From positions 35,588,001-35,652,000 of the forward strand of contig OX597839.1 of the NCBI GenBank assembly GCA_951406725.2: a stretch of DNA of 64,000 bases. The letters are read 5' to 3'. Positions 25,692-37,188 of this stretch are shown here, piece by piece (within the stretch, counting starts at the first letter, position 1; each line of letters starts with the position of its first letter). The position numbers and the translations under genes are program-made. Source of the stretch: Octopus vulgaris (lineage: Eukaryota). The notes beneath the pieces are model-generated. The model did not search any database. It had not been told where the DNA came from and saw only the letters and a program-made list of their open reading frames with translations.

Positions 25692-25860
25692 GAGTAGGAG
25701 TGGCTGTGTGATAAGCAGCTTGCTTACCAACCACAAGGTTCCGGGTTCAGTCCCACTGCATGGCACCTTGGGAAAGTGTCTTCTACTATAGCCTCGGGCC
25801 GACCAAAGCCTTTGTGAGTGGATTTAGTAGATGGAAACAGAAAGAAGCCCGTCGTATATA
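25692..25860 (+). mobile_element. SINE family A, 5' half
   Basis: Head consensus match. Confidence 0.75.
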
Positions 25861-26567
25861 TGTATATGAGAAAGTAAGGAGGGATGTCAGGAAGGGCATC
25901 GCTGTTACACTTCCAGATGGGAAGGGTCTTCCTTATGATGCTGACATGCAGTGTAAACTGAATGTTTAAAGGGCTAAGAAGCAGATACACACGAGGAATT
26001 ATAATAAGGGTATGATTGAAATAAATTTCTTCAAGGGTCCCTAGAAGTATATGACAGCTTTAATTACTTAGATGAACTAATTAGCAGTGGTGGGTGATCT
26101 GAAATTAAAAGCAGCCAGAGTAAGAAAGGGGTCAGGGACCTAATACCTCAGCTAGTTTCAAAGACTTTCTCTTGCAGAGTGAAAGACTGACTGTAAGATG
26201 CTTCTGCACGGCTCACTGGCTAGAGCATCGAGCTTATGATCGTGAGGTTGTGAATTCAATTCCCGGACTGAGCTGCATGTTGTGTTCTTGAGCAAGACAC
26301 TTTATTTCACGTTGCTCCAGTGAACTTAGCTGTAGAAATGAGTTGTGACATCACTGGTGCGAAGCTGTATCAGCCTTTCCCTTTCCCTTGGATAACATCA
26401 GTGGCACGAAGAGGGGAGGCTGGTATGCATGGGCGACTGCTGGTCTTCCATAAACAACAACCCTAGGTTATGCATTCGCTGGCGAGGCGACTTTCCACCC
26501 AGACTTGTACCCCAGAGGGGAACCTCTTAGGTGCACCCATGGTAATTCATGACCGATGGAGTTATAT

Positions 26568-26870
26568 CATCATCATCATCATCGTTTAGCATCTGCTTTC
26601 CATGCTAGCATGGGTTGGATGGTTCAACTGGAGTCTGGGAAGCCAGATGGCTGCACCAGGCCCAGTCTGATCTGGCAATGTTTCTACAGCTGGATGCCCT
26701 TCCTAACGCCAACCACTCCGTGAGTGTAGTGGGTGCTTTTTATGTGCCAGACGAGGCTGGCAAACGGCCATGATCGGATGGAGCTTTTTACGTGCCACTG
26801 GCACGGAGACCAGACGAAGCTGGCAACGGCCACGGACGGATGGTGCTTTTTACATGCCACCGGCACAGTA
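26568..26870 (-). mobile_element. RTE-family 3' UTR fragment with (GAT)n tail
   Basis: Homologous to 1-192 and 41518-41790. Confidence 0.75.
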
Positions 26871-28017
26871 TATATATACACACACACCCATATGTACAAT
26901 ACAAACAGATTAAATGTGTCATTTGGTAGCTACAATTGTTTCATCAAGAGTCTTTATTGTGATGCAAGCAGAGTACAGCCAGATATGCAGTATGCACAAC
27001 ATCCATAACATTACATAATACGTTATGCAGCTCTCAACTCATCAGGCTATGAAATGAACAAGCAAGTAGCAACAGGACATGTGCACACTTGACTGCGCTA
27101 TACTTACATAACAATAAAGAATCTTTTCTACTCTAAGCACAAGGACTCCAGTACGCAACTGGTACTTAATTTATCAACCCTGAAAGGATGAAAGACAAAG
27201 TTGACCATGCTAGAACAGCTGATGGAGGATGACATGGTCCTGTGTTTTGTTGGATCCGGTCAGACTGTGCAACCCACACCAAGACATGGAAGGCAGTTAA
27301 TAAATGATGACAACGATGATGATGGTGGCGATGATGATGATGATGATGACAGTGATGACCCTTCAAAGAGACATTTGTTTCAACACATAACTTCACAAAT
27401 ACAAAAACGAAATAAAAGAAAGAAAGAAAAACGAAGAGCAAAAATAGAAAACAAAAGACTTTATCTGATTGAATTGAAAAAAAAAAGTTAATTAATTAAT
27501 GATTAAATCAAAAACCAAAAAAAAAAAAAAAAAACTCGTTTCACTGCATGTAAACAATAATGTTGAGGATTTTTAAAATTATTTTTTGTTGTTTTTTTTA
27601 ATTAATTTGTAATCTTTTCGTCTATGTTTCCATGTTTGTTCTCTCTCACTCTCAGGTTAATTGCAATAAGTTAATTAACGACTTACTGCAGACACCCCCC
27701 CCACCCCCAAAAAAACCCCAACATATTTGTAGGAATGAAGTTCCACTATTTTCTCTCTCTTTCTGTCTCTCATTCATTTTCTCCTTCCAAATTGACAAAG
27801 AATATTTTTATATATATATATATATGTGTATATAGATATAAAACACACACACACACACACATACACTCACTCACTCATACACACACACACACCAAACTCA
27901 TTGAAATATCATAATGTCTTATATAATTAGAAAATGATGTAATTGTGTATATCTGTGTGTAATTCATTTTTAACAGTAGAACTTGAAGTTGAAAAAGCTA
28001 ATAATAGCACGTAGATA

Positions 28018-28504
28018 TTGGGTTAAAAAGACCCTTCTGGATAAAAAAAAGTCAGTCTGCGCTTGGGACTTGAACCTACAACTCCCTGTAAACATAACTG
28101 GCATCTAAGTCCCACAGCTGCCTTTGGCTTTTACTATCCAAAAGTGTGTTTTTATTCCCAAATTTACTTGCTGTTATTTTTGGGTTAAAAAGACCCTTCT
28201 GGATAGAAAAAGTCGGTCTGCGCTTGGGACTTGAACCTACAACCCCCTGTAAACATAACCGGCATCTAAGTCCCACAGCCACCTTTGGCTTTTACTATCC
28301 AAAAGTGTGTTTTTATTCCCAAATTTACTTGCTGTTATTTTTGGGTTAAAAAGACCCTTCTGGATAGAAAAAGTCAGTCTGCGCTTGGGACTTGAACCTA
28401 CAACCCCCTGTAAACATAACCGGCATCTAAGTCCAACAGCCGCCTTTGGCTTTTACTATCCAAAAGCGTGTTTTTACCCCCAAATTTACTTGCTGTTATT
28501 TTTT
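28018..28504 (-). repeat. 161-bp tandem repeat x3, each unit with a tRNA-like head
   Basis: Period 161-162 bp. The minus strand carries TGGCTGTGGG..GGTTCAAGTCCC followed by TTTTT. Confidence 0.85.
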
Positions 28505-28879
28505 CAATTTTACCCCACTTCATGTTTCTAAATTTTGATGCTATACAACAACATATATATATATATCATATGCATGTGTGTGTGATCTCTTAATAAGTAC
28601 CAGAGAGGACGCTGACGGAGGAGGCCAAAAAACACTGAGTTTGAAGGGCAAATAATAAAGGAAAAGGAAAAACAGTGGGAAGAATAAATAATAGAGAATA
28701 AATATTTTCAGGAATAAACATGGCATGGCAGGAGTAGAAATAAATAAGTTAACCATATACATACATATGTATACAAACATATATATATATATATATAACC
28801 AGTATATGTTGTAGGGCAGAACACTTTTGATGATTAAATTACGTGTATACACACACACACACACATTATATATATTTTT

Positions 28880-29122
28880 TTTCTTCTTTTAATTGCCTTA
28901 GTCATTGGGTCTCTGCCAAGGTGGGCCTCTGCTTTGAGGGGTTTTAGTTGACACAAATCAACCCCTAGTATTTCTACTTTTTTTTCTTGTAGTAAAAGTC
29001 TGATACTTGCACTCGACCAGTCTCTCTTTGCTGAGCTGCTAAGTCACAGGAGATGCAAACAGACCATTACTGGTTGTCAAGCAGTGGGGGTGGTGAGGTG
29101 GAGTCAAACACAAAAATCTGTT

Positions 29123-29175
<53 letters not shown>

Positions 29176-29398
29176 CATCTCCAAACCTTCCAATATATAT
29201 ATATATATATGTATATATAAATACACACACGCACCCAAATGACAGGATTCCACAGGGTTTTGCGTATCAAATTGACTTGACAAGGCATTGGTCAGCCCAG
29301 AGCTATAGCAGAAGATACTTGCCCAAGGTACCAGACAGGGGGATTGAACCTGAAACCACATGACTGCAAAACGAGCTTCTAAACTACACAGCCATGCC
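28880..29398 (-). mobile_element. Old diverged family-A SINE
   Basis: Degenerate head (29255-29398) and tail (28880-29110). Confidence 0.55.
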
Positions 29399-29883
29399 AT
29401 ATATATATATATATATAAATGCATGTATATATATATGTGCATGTGTGTATACACATGCACATATATACATACAAATGCATATACAAATATACACACATAC
29501 ATACACATATACATATATACGACATCTGTGTGTAGTTAATGTTTGAAATCAAATATTCTTAGTGTGTATAGAACAAGCAGACATATACACCTAGCATGTG
29601 TATGAGCGTGTGTGTGTGTGTGTGTGTGTTTGTGGTACCAAGTGGACATGATTCTATGGTGCTAGATTTGGAGTGGAATGAAATAAAAGTGTCAATGTTG
29701 TGATCGTACAATATAGAATACCCGAAAAATTATCACAGCTTTTGTATGTGTGGGAGTGTGTGGGTATATGTGTATGTACATAAACATACACACACATGAT
29801 ATATATATATACATGTATATAGTACGTATATATATATTTTGTATGTACATGTGTACATATACATACACACATATGCAGTACAT

Positions 29884-29949
<66 letters not shown>

Positions 29950-30318
29950 AGTATGTATATATAAATTTATAAAGAGTCATACTTTATAAAATTAAGAAAA
30001 AATCCCAGAGTTCTAAGAACGAGCTCTGTGCCTCCTTCCATAAGAAACTATTTTTTTTGTGTTTTTTTTTATACCAAAATCAAATTTTTGAAATTTCATA
30101 GAAATAGTTCATAAGAATTCTTTGCCTGTTCTTGGTTATTGTTTCCATATTCCTCAAAAACAGATATAGAATAATAATTAGGAAAAGCAGAAAATTTGAA
30201 GAATATTTTAAAGGGAAAAAAAAAAGTGTAAATTTAGCCAAAAGTTTCTGAATTTTTTTGCTTTCTTCATTGGCAACAAAAGGTTTATGAGTTGTCTGAC
30301 TGAATCCTCTTGTTCTGT

Positions 30319-33300
30319 TCAGTTAGGGCTAGGATTAAGGCTTGGACCAGGTTTAGGGACAGAGTCTGTTACTTTGATGTGTTTGGCTTGTGTTGAATCT
30401 TCAAAGTTATCAAAAGATAAACAGTGAGCAGCAGGCGTTTCCGATTTGTACCTGTGCGGGAGATTTAAGAGGGGAACAGGTGGAGACAGGGGAGGTAACG
30501 AGTGTTTGAGCGTCCTTGACGTGTCAGAGAGATATTGCATCATTTTACGGCAGTCGGGTGGAGTCTCTAATGTTGCATTAGCATCAGGAGTGATGACCGT
30601 ATGGAATGGAACGCTACCTGGGAAATCATCGTACAGAATATCACCCTCCATTATCGCCTCAGGTACTACTTCCAGCTCAAGTTCGCTCTCAAAATTCAAT
30701 GTTGTCACACCAGTGTAGTCACTCTCTTTCTTCGAATTCTCTTCCGATTTCATTGCTGACTCAGAGATTTTGGCTACTGCGACTCTCGACAATACCACAA
30801 GTGGGTCTGAGTCCGAGTCTTGTTCTTGCTCCTCCATCAAGATCCGAACATCCTCACCAAGGGATTTCACAGATTCCGTCTCACCCAGATGTTTCGCAGA
30901 CGAGGAAATAAGATCACCGAGCTGTTGTTTTCCCGCTTCGTTTCTTGGATTTTTCTGGATGTTTTGAGGTACACTTGCTTCATATTTCCAGCATTTTGCA
31001 CTTCCACCATCTGTGCCAGTAGAATGAGTTAAATAATCAAAGCTAGAATTTTTTGATGTATTTTTAAGTCTAAAATTATTTTCTGAAGAAGGTGTGCACT
31101 TGGTAAGACTTTTGTTGCAGGCTCCTGGGTTAAAAAAACCGGTGTTTTCAGACCTTGCTGTCACTTCATCCAAATGTTGGTTTGACTTATTTGTATTGGC
31201 AGCAGAATTGTAACATTTTGACAGCACAGACATAAGGCCTTCAGTATGTGGGTTCCCAATAGGGATGCTGACCTTTGGAGACACAAGAGATTCCGATTCC
31301 GCATCGGCCCCGGAAGATATACCATCCTCAACCAATGGAGCTGGGTTTTCAGTCTCAGGAACAAAATTGTTTGTAACTGACAGTGCTAAAATATCAAGTC
31401 CTGGGACATTGCCACATGTCAAATGCAGGGGCTTGGTTTCCTCTGGTGTCGCTTTGCTACATGTCAGTGTTATAGGTACTGTCTCCTCTGGTACTACAGT
31501 GCCACATGTTTGTGGTGTAGACACTGTTTCTGATACTACATCACTATATGCCAGTAATGTAGCTGTGTCCTCTGGTACTGCACTGCTACATGTCAATTGT
31601 GCAGGTGCTGTTTCCTCTTGCACGATATTGCTACCTGTTAATAATGTAGGGACTGTCCTCTCAGGTATTACACTGCTACATGTTTGTGGTGCAGGTGCCA
31701 CCTCCTTTGACACTACATTGCTACATGCCAGTAATGTAGCTGCTGTCTCCACTGGTACTGCATTGCCACATGTCTGTGATGCAAGCATTGTATCCTCAAG
31801 TACTACATCACTACATGTTAGTGGTATATGTGCCGCCTTTTCTGGTCCTTGGCTGCAACATGTTAGACATGCAGATGTCATACGATCGTTTCTCAGAGTT
31901 TCTGGTGTTTGTTTCTTCTCAGATTCTATTGTGCCACATGTGAGCGATGAGGAGTCCATCACTTCAGACACCATTGAACTGCTACATGTTGATGTTTCTA
32001 CAACATCATTACATGTCAGAGGTATGTGTACTGTACCCAGCACCCCACTGCTAACCGTAGATGATATAAATGGCGCTGTACTTTGCACGACTCTGTTACA
32101 TGTTAGTGATGCAGATTTGTCTGACGCTATTGTGCTACATGTCTGTAACAAAGGTCCCGTTTTCTTTGGCAGTGCACCGCTACATGTTAAAGTTGTAACT
32201 GTCGCTGTTCCTGACACAATGCCAGATGTAACAGATGGTTGAGGTGTGAGCAGTAAATTCGCAGGTAAAGCACTACATGCAACAGGCAAGGACGATACCG
32301 TTTCAGCCACATGGCTATCCGATGGAAGTATGGCTGTACTACCAAGCACCGTCTTTTCACCAGGTACGCTGCCATACATCCCTGATGCTGACGTTGCTCT
32401 CACCTTTACAGGTTCATTACTGCACCCCGCAGCTACAGCAGACATCTGTTCCCCAGACATGTTGCTATCTATCACAGATATGTTTGCAGGTTCCATTCCA
32501 CACAGAGAGTTATACACCACAGGTACAACAGCGGCTTCTTTCTCAGATACAATGTTACACACCACAGGTACGGCTGGTATTACTTTCCCACACGTCACAG
32601 GTAAACTTGTTGCTGCATCGTCATTTAAGAGTACAGTACTGTACACTGATGATATGGCCGGTGTTACCTTTCCAGAACAGCTGCTAAATACTACAGGAGC
32701 AGAATTCTTTTCAAGTGAAGCACTATATATTACTGACATCGAGGTTGATTCCTTACCAGGTATATCACATATTACAGTTTCAGCAGGTGAGAACTCACCT
32801 ACTCCATGTATATCACCACTGCTCACTACATGAAGTACCGATGTTTTGTCGTCTGGTGCACTACACACAGGAATGAGTGATGTACTTGCAGCCTCGTCGG
32901 TCATCACAAACGCAGCTGTTTCCTTTTGGTGCAAGTGTGTATCCCTTACAGATACATTTTCACCAAGACCGGACGCACTGCTTGTCGTTTCTGTGATGAC
33001 CGTTTTGATTTGAGGAGCAGCAGCACTGTCCAATAACGAAACATTTTGGTCAGGATTTGGTAGGGTAACGCCTGTTTCGGGTAGTGTTGCCATTTCCATT
33101 TGTGAAGGTCCTCCACAGCTCACATCAGACAAAGTCACAACGATATTAGATAACGTATCTGTTTCCGTGACGACAGGTACAAAATTACTGTCATAAACAG
33201 AACAGCTTGCCTGTGATGAATTTTCTTCCATTACTACATAACCAGGTGACACTTTGTTAGTCACCTCATCTCTTAAACTAACGACAGGTGTACCTGACTG

Positions 33301-36300
33301 TGATTTATCATCTTCAAATGCAATGCCATCAGCATTTGCAGATATCAATCCAGGTACTGTTTCTTTTTCAGATGCCTCATCTGTTTCGCACTCGACTGCT
33401 GACATCTCATTTCTCAATGTGTTGTTTGTTGCCGACACATTTACACCTGTCTCGCTTTCAGGTAAATTACCTGTTGCTGAAATACTGTTCTTTGATACTG
33501 ACTCTGCCGTCTGCACCGCATTTTCCCATGTGCTGTTCATTCCTGGTGTAACCAGCTTCGTTTCAACTACAGGTTCAGGGCTTTTCACAGGTGCACTTAC
33601 AGATGATTCTTCTTCTTCTTCACCTTCATGGCCCACAGCCACTTCAACCACACCTACCTCATTTTCAAGGGTGTCGCTCAAAATTGACAAACCAGGTACC
33701 GTTACCTGGCCCTCAATTGCAATATCGTGCATCGTTGTAGACACGTTAGTTACCATTCCACTGTCACAGATGATGTTTGCTGCTGATTCGGCCTCAACTG
33801 GGGTTTCATTTTCGGACAAGTCCACCAGCACAGCTTGTGCAGTTGTTTCATGTTCAAATTCGCTTCCTGTTGCTGATGTTGTTTCCACCGTTTCGCCTTC
33901 ATACAGGTTGTCTCCAACTGATACAATCTCCACCGTCTCATTTATAGGGACATTCTCTATTTCTGCATCAACTGGTGACACTATTTCATTCACAGGGCAG
34001 CCAACTTCAACAGGCACCTCTTCCGTCTCACATTCGGCTTTCAAGTCTATTATTGAAGCAGTTACAACTGCCTCATTTTCAGGTTCGTCATCTCCTGCTG
34101 AGGTTGTCTCCACCATTTCATCATCAGAGATACTGTCTCTTACTTCTGCAGCGTGCTCTGTCTCATTTTCAAAATTACTGTCGACAAGTGATGCAGTGTC
34201 AAGTGTCTCACTGTCCACTGTTGAAGAAGTTTCTAATGCCTGGTCAACTTCACCGTCCACACTGTCCACCACTCCCTTTTCAGACTGACCATCTACAACT
34301 TCCAGTGTCTCAACCTCAGACTCGTTGCCCACCACTGGCACAGACACAGCTTCCACCATCTCACTTTTAGATTCATCTCCCATCACCGACACGGATGTTG
34401 TCACCGTCTCGTTCATAGGAACATCTTCAACTACAGATACAATACTTGGTTCGTTCTCACCGATATCATACGACACTGCTGGTACCAGAGTCACATTTAC
34501 TTCACAGAACTCAGGTAAAGGTGTATAAACAACATTAAGGTTACAAACATCCACTTGCGAGTGTTCACTGACCGTTTCTTGGGCCACAGGTTCTTCTGTT
34601 ACGTTGTCTGTGTAGGTGACATGAGGGCCATCCTCTTGCACTTGGTTTTTAGAGATAGCTACTATTGGTTCATTCAACACAGAGACCTCGGCACCAGACA
34701 AACTCTCCTCAGTCGTCATAGTTTTATCGCAGTCAGTAATTTCTTCAAAAATGCTGCTTTTTTCCACAATGCACTCCTCAGTAGAAATGTTGTTTGGTGA
34801 AGTGTTCAAGTTGCAGTCATCTGCAGCAAGTGTCCCAGTCTCAGAACCAGTTGCATCAGCTGGCAAAGATGTCCCTTCACATGTAGGACCATCTGTCTCT
34901 GTTTCGGAATCAGGTTGAGAAACATTTTTCAATGATTCGGATGTCACAGACACTGGTTCTTGATAATCATTTGAAACATTGTTATGAGAATCTTCGGCAG
35001 TCGAAACGAATGTGTCGCTCACTGAACATGGACTTGCAGTTGGACATGAAATAGCCGTATCATGTTTCATATCACATCCAGTACACTGCATTTCTTTAGG
35101 AGTCGTGGAATCAAGTTCTTTAGAGATAGAATTCACCGTAGCTTTCAGTAAGGGCGTCTCACTGTCACAGTAAGATGAACTCTCCTTCAGTTGATCATTT
35201 GCACTTGTGTCATCGGTTGTATCAGAAATCGGTTGAGATGTTTTTAAGCTGATGTTTTCAGATCCACAACTCACTTCGACATTTGTAGAAGACGACTGAT
35301 TTAGAACAGGGTCACATTCACATGAAGCTGACATACTTCCTTCAGAGTCATCTGAAGGAACTGGAATTAAAGAAGTATTAACAACGGGTCCTGCCACAGT
35401 TGAATTTCTCAGCATATCCCACGCGGCAGTAGGGGCTGCCAAGGGTGGCTTGTTTAAAATGCTGCGCCTGATGTGCTTCTCAGCAGGCTCCCTCGCAATT
35501 TCTATTTTTGACAAATCACTATCACGTGTTACTAACTTCTCCACAGATGGAGACTGGCAACCTTCTGCATCTTGTCCTGCTGGGTGAGTCAGAAGGTATT
35601 TAATTGTTTCACTCGGTCCCTCTGTACAACTGTCCTGCATTTTAGCCTCGTCAGCAGTAATCAAACTTAGATTAGACTCATTTGCTGTAGCTGGACTTTC
35701 TACTTCTTTGGGTAGCGGTTCAATACCAGAAGAGACACTGTTTTCAGGATCTGTTTTCTCACAAACTGGTGTTGAACTGACCAAGTCACTGCTGTTTGTG
35801 AGGTTCACCTGAAGTCCAGGGATGGTCACACCTAATGTGTTATCAACCGGCTTAAATCTGCTTGGTAGTCCTTCCATCCCAACTGGCCACAAAACCATTG
35901 TAGAACCATCAGTACACAACTGTAAGAGAGGAACATCTGCTGCTTCTTTGGCACCTTCAGCCTCAACGTTTACAATGCTTGTATTTGCTTCTGCTGCTGC
36001 AACATCGGTGCCGCCGGATAAAGATAACGTTTCTCCATTATTTCCATCTGTGGGCTGTCCAGAAAGAAACTCACTTGGCATTAAAACATAAGATGCATTG
36101 GAAGTACCAGCATCATCTGCAAGAGGATATTCTGATGCTGTTTGTGGTACTCCATCTGTTGTGTCTTTGGGAAGTGAATCACTAACATGGCACTGTGTTG
36201 CTCTGTTGCTTTCATCACCAAATTCCTTCTCTGCATCTTCTGGAGATTCTTCAGGCAGAGAATGGTGTTGATTGTCTGTGTCTCCTGCGTCATTTTCTGG

Positions 36301-37188
36301 TAGTTTTACATCCTGGCCATCATCTTCTGATGTTTTCTTAGCTGTTTCATCAGGTAGCTGCGCCACCAAAGAATTCGGTTTCACCTCTTCCTGATCACAA
36401 ATTGCACCTGTTTGGATTTCTTGAACATCTTCTGATCTTTCGGTTGCGACATTATCTGTCGAAGCCTGACTATCGATTCCACCATCAAGTTGCGTTTCTG
36501 CTTTTGAAGTCTCTTCATTCAGTTGGTCTTCAAACACAGAAGGCTGGGCGTCGGTCACTGAAGCTTTCGTTAATTCCACGTCCCTTGGTTCCTGCTTAAC
36601 GTCTGCATTTGAACTGTCTGCAGCACTGCCAAACATGGTTTGTTTAGTCAGTTGCTTATACAGTTCAGACTCCAAGATATTCTTGTAAGCACCTTGGTGC
36701 TCATAAGATGTCTCGGTTTTACATGCTACGCTATTTGTTGACAATTTTATTTCGCTGTTTGTAACATTGCATGGTTTCTCTACAACATTTGAATTCCGCA
36801 ATTGTTTGCTGAGAGCACTTTGTGAACTTTCTTCAACGGTCTTTGAATGTAACAACGGTTCCTTCTCTACTAAGAGTTCCTCTAGGCAAGCGTCAGAAGA
36901 CTTAGATTTCGTCCTGCAAACATTGCCTTCGGGAACCTCGTCATCAGTATGTAATGATGATTTAGTCTCCTCTTTGACTTCACCCTTAAATGCTAACCAA
37001 TCCGCCTTCTCTTCCGAAGCATCATCATTGTCATATTCAAGGGCATACTCTCCTTCCTCCAACTCCTCCTCCTCCTCCTCTTCTTCTTCTTCTTCTTCTT
37101 CATCATCTTCTTCTTCCTCTTCATCATCATCCTCATCATTTTCAACATCACTGCTCGCCTTTTCAGAGTTTTCATTCTTTTTCTTTTT
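30319..37188 (-). CDS. Zinc-finger gene, giant last exon, 3' part (acidic, S/T/V/E-rich, repetitive tail), in the +1 frame relative to the upstream part
   Basis: Stop-free frame of 2289 codons beginning inside the A7 run and overlapping the end of the upstream ORF. Opens with a poly-D/E tract. No acceptor with a pyrimidine tract at its start. Confidence 0.82.
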   Translation of the reverse strand, partial: KKKKNENSEKASSDVENDEDDDEEEEEDDEEEEEEEEEEEEELEEGEYALEYDNDDASEEKADWLAFKGEVKEETKSSLHTDDEVPEGNVCRTKSKSSDACLEELLVEKEPLLHSKTVEESSQSALSKQLRNSNVVEKPCNVTNSEIKLSTNSVACKTETSYEHQGAYKNILESELYKQLTKQTMFGSAADSSNADVKQEPRDVELTKASVTDAQPSVFEDQLNEETSKAETQLDGGIDSQASTDNVATERSEDVQEIQTGAICDQEEVKPNSLVAQLPDETAKKTSEDDGQDVKLPENDAGDTDNQHHSLPEESPEDAEKEFGDESNRATQCHVSDSLPKDTTDGVPQTASEYPLADDAGTSNASYVLMPSEFLSGQPTDGNNGETLSLSGGTDVAAAEANTSIVNVEAEGAKEAADVPLLQLCTDGSTMVLWPVGMEGLPSRFKPVDNTLGVTIPGLQVNLTNSSDLVSSTPVCEKTDPENSVSSGIEPLPKEVESPATANESNLSLITADEAKMQDSCTEGPSETIKYLLTHPAGQDAEGCQSPSVEKLVTRDSDLSKIEIAREPAEKHIRRSILNKPPLAAPTAAWDMLRNSTVAGPVVNTSLIPVPSDDSEGSMSASCECDPVLNQSSSTNVEVSCGSENISLKTSQPISDTTDDTSANDQLKESSSYCDSETPLLKATVNSISKELDSTTPKEMQCTGCDMKHDTAISCPTASPCSVSDTFVSTAEDSHNNVSNDYQEPVSVTSESLKNVSQPDSETETDGPTCEGTSLPADATGSETGTLAADDCNLNTSPNNISTEECIVEKSSIFEEITDCDKTMTTEESLSGAEVSVLNEPIVAISKNQVQEDGPHVTYTDNVTEEPVAQETVSEHSQVDVCNLNVVYTPLPEFCEVNVTLVPAVSYDIGENEPSIVSVVEDVPMNETVTTSVSVMGDESKSEMVEAVSVPVVGNESEVETLEVVDGQSEKGVVDSVDGEVDQALETSSTVDSETLDTASLVDSNFENETEHAAEVRDSISDDEMVETTSAGDDEPENEAVVTASIIDLKAECETEEVPVEVGCPVNEIVSPVDAEIENVPINETVEIVSVGDNLYEGETVETTSATGSEFEHETTAQAVLVDLSENETPVEAESAANIICDSGMVTNVSTTMHDIAIEGQVTVPGLSILSDTLENEVGVVEVAVGHEGEEEEESSVSAPVKSPEPVVETKLVTPGMNSTWENAVQTAESVSKNSISATGNLPESETGVNVSATNNTLRNEMSAVECETDEASEKETVPGLISANADGIAFEDDKSQSGTPVVSLRDEVTNKVSPGYVVMEENSSQASCSVYDSNFVPVVTETDTLSNIVVTLSDVSCGGPSQMEMATLPETGVTLPNPDQNVSLLDSAAAPQIKTVITETTSSASGLGENVSVRDTHLHQKETAAFVMTDEAASTSLIPVCSAPDDKTSVLHVVSSGDIHGVGEFSPAETVICDIPGKESTSMSVIYSASLEKNSAPVVFSSCSGKVTPAISSVYSTVLLNDDAATSLPVTCGKVIPAVPVVCNIVSEKEAAVVPVVYNSLCGMEPANISVIDSNMSGEQMSAVAAGCSNEPVKVRATSASGMYGSVPGEKTVLGSTAILPSDSHVAETVSSLPVACSALPANLLLTPQPSVTSGIVSGTATVTTLTCSGALPKKTGPLLQTCSTIASDKSASLTCNRVVQSTAPFISSTVSSGVLGTVHIPLTCNDVVETSTCSSSMVSEVMDSSSLTCGTIESEKKQTPETLRNDRMTSACLTCCSQGPEKAAHIPLTCSDVVLEDTMLASQTCGNAVPVETAATLLACSNVVSKEVAPAPQTCSSVIPERTVPTLLTGSNIVQEETAPAQLTCSSAVPEDTATLLAYSDVVSETVSTPQTCGTVVPEETVPITLTCSKATPEETKPLHLTCGNVPGLDILALSVTNNFVPETENPAPLVEDGISSGADAESESLVSPKVSIPIGNPHTEGLMSVLSKCYNSAANTNKSNQHLDEVTARSENTGFFNPGACNKSLTKCTPSSENNFRLKNTSKNSSFDYLTHSTGTDGGSAKCWKYEASVPQNIQKNPRNEAGKQQLGDLISSSAKHLGETESVKSLGEDVRILMEEQEQDSDSDPLVVLSRVAVAKISESAMKSEENSKKESDYTGVTTLNFESELELEVVPEAIMEGDILYDDFPGSVPFHTVITPDANATLETPPDCRKMMQYLSDTSRTLKHSLPPLSPPVPLLNLPHRYKSETPAAHCLSFDNFEDSTQAKHIKVTDSVPKPGPSLNPSPN

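Noticed and set aside
31265-34370. Long plus-strand ORFs (325, 195, 344 aa)
   Set aside because: Antisense shadows of the repetitive coding exon; no independent motifs or splice support.
37160-37175. A-to-I editing of the UGA to allow readthrough
   Set aside because: Another TGA follows three codons later, and editing cannot change the reading frame.
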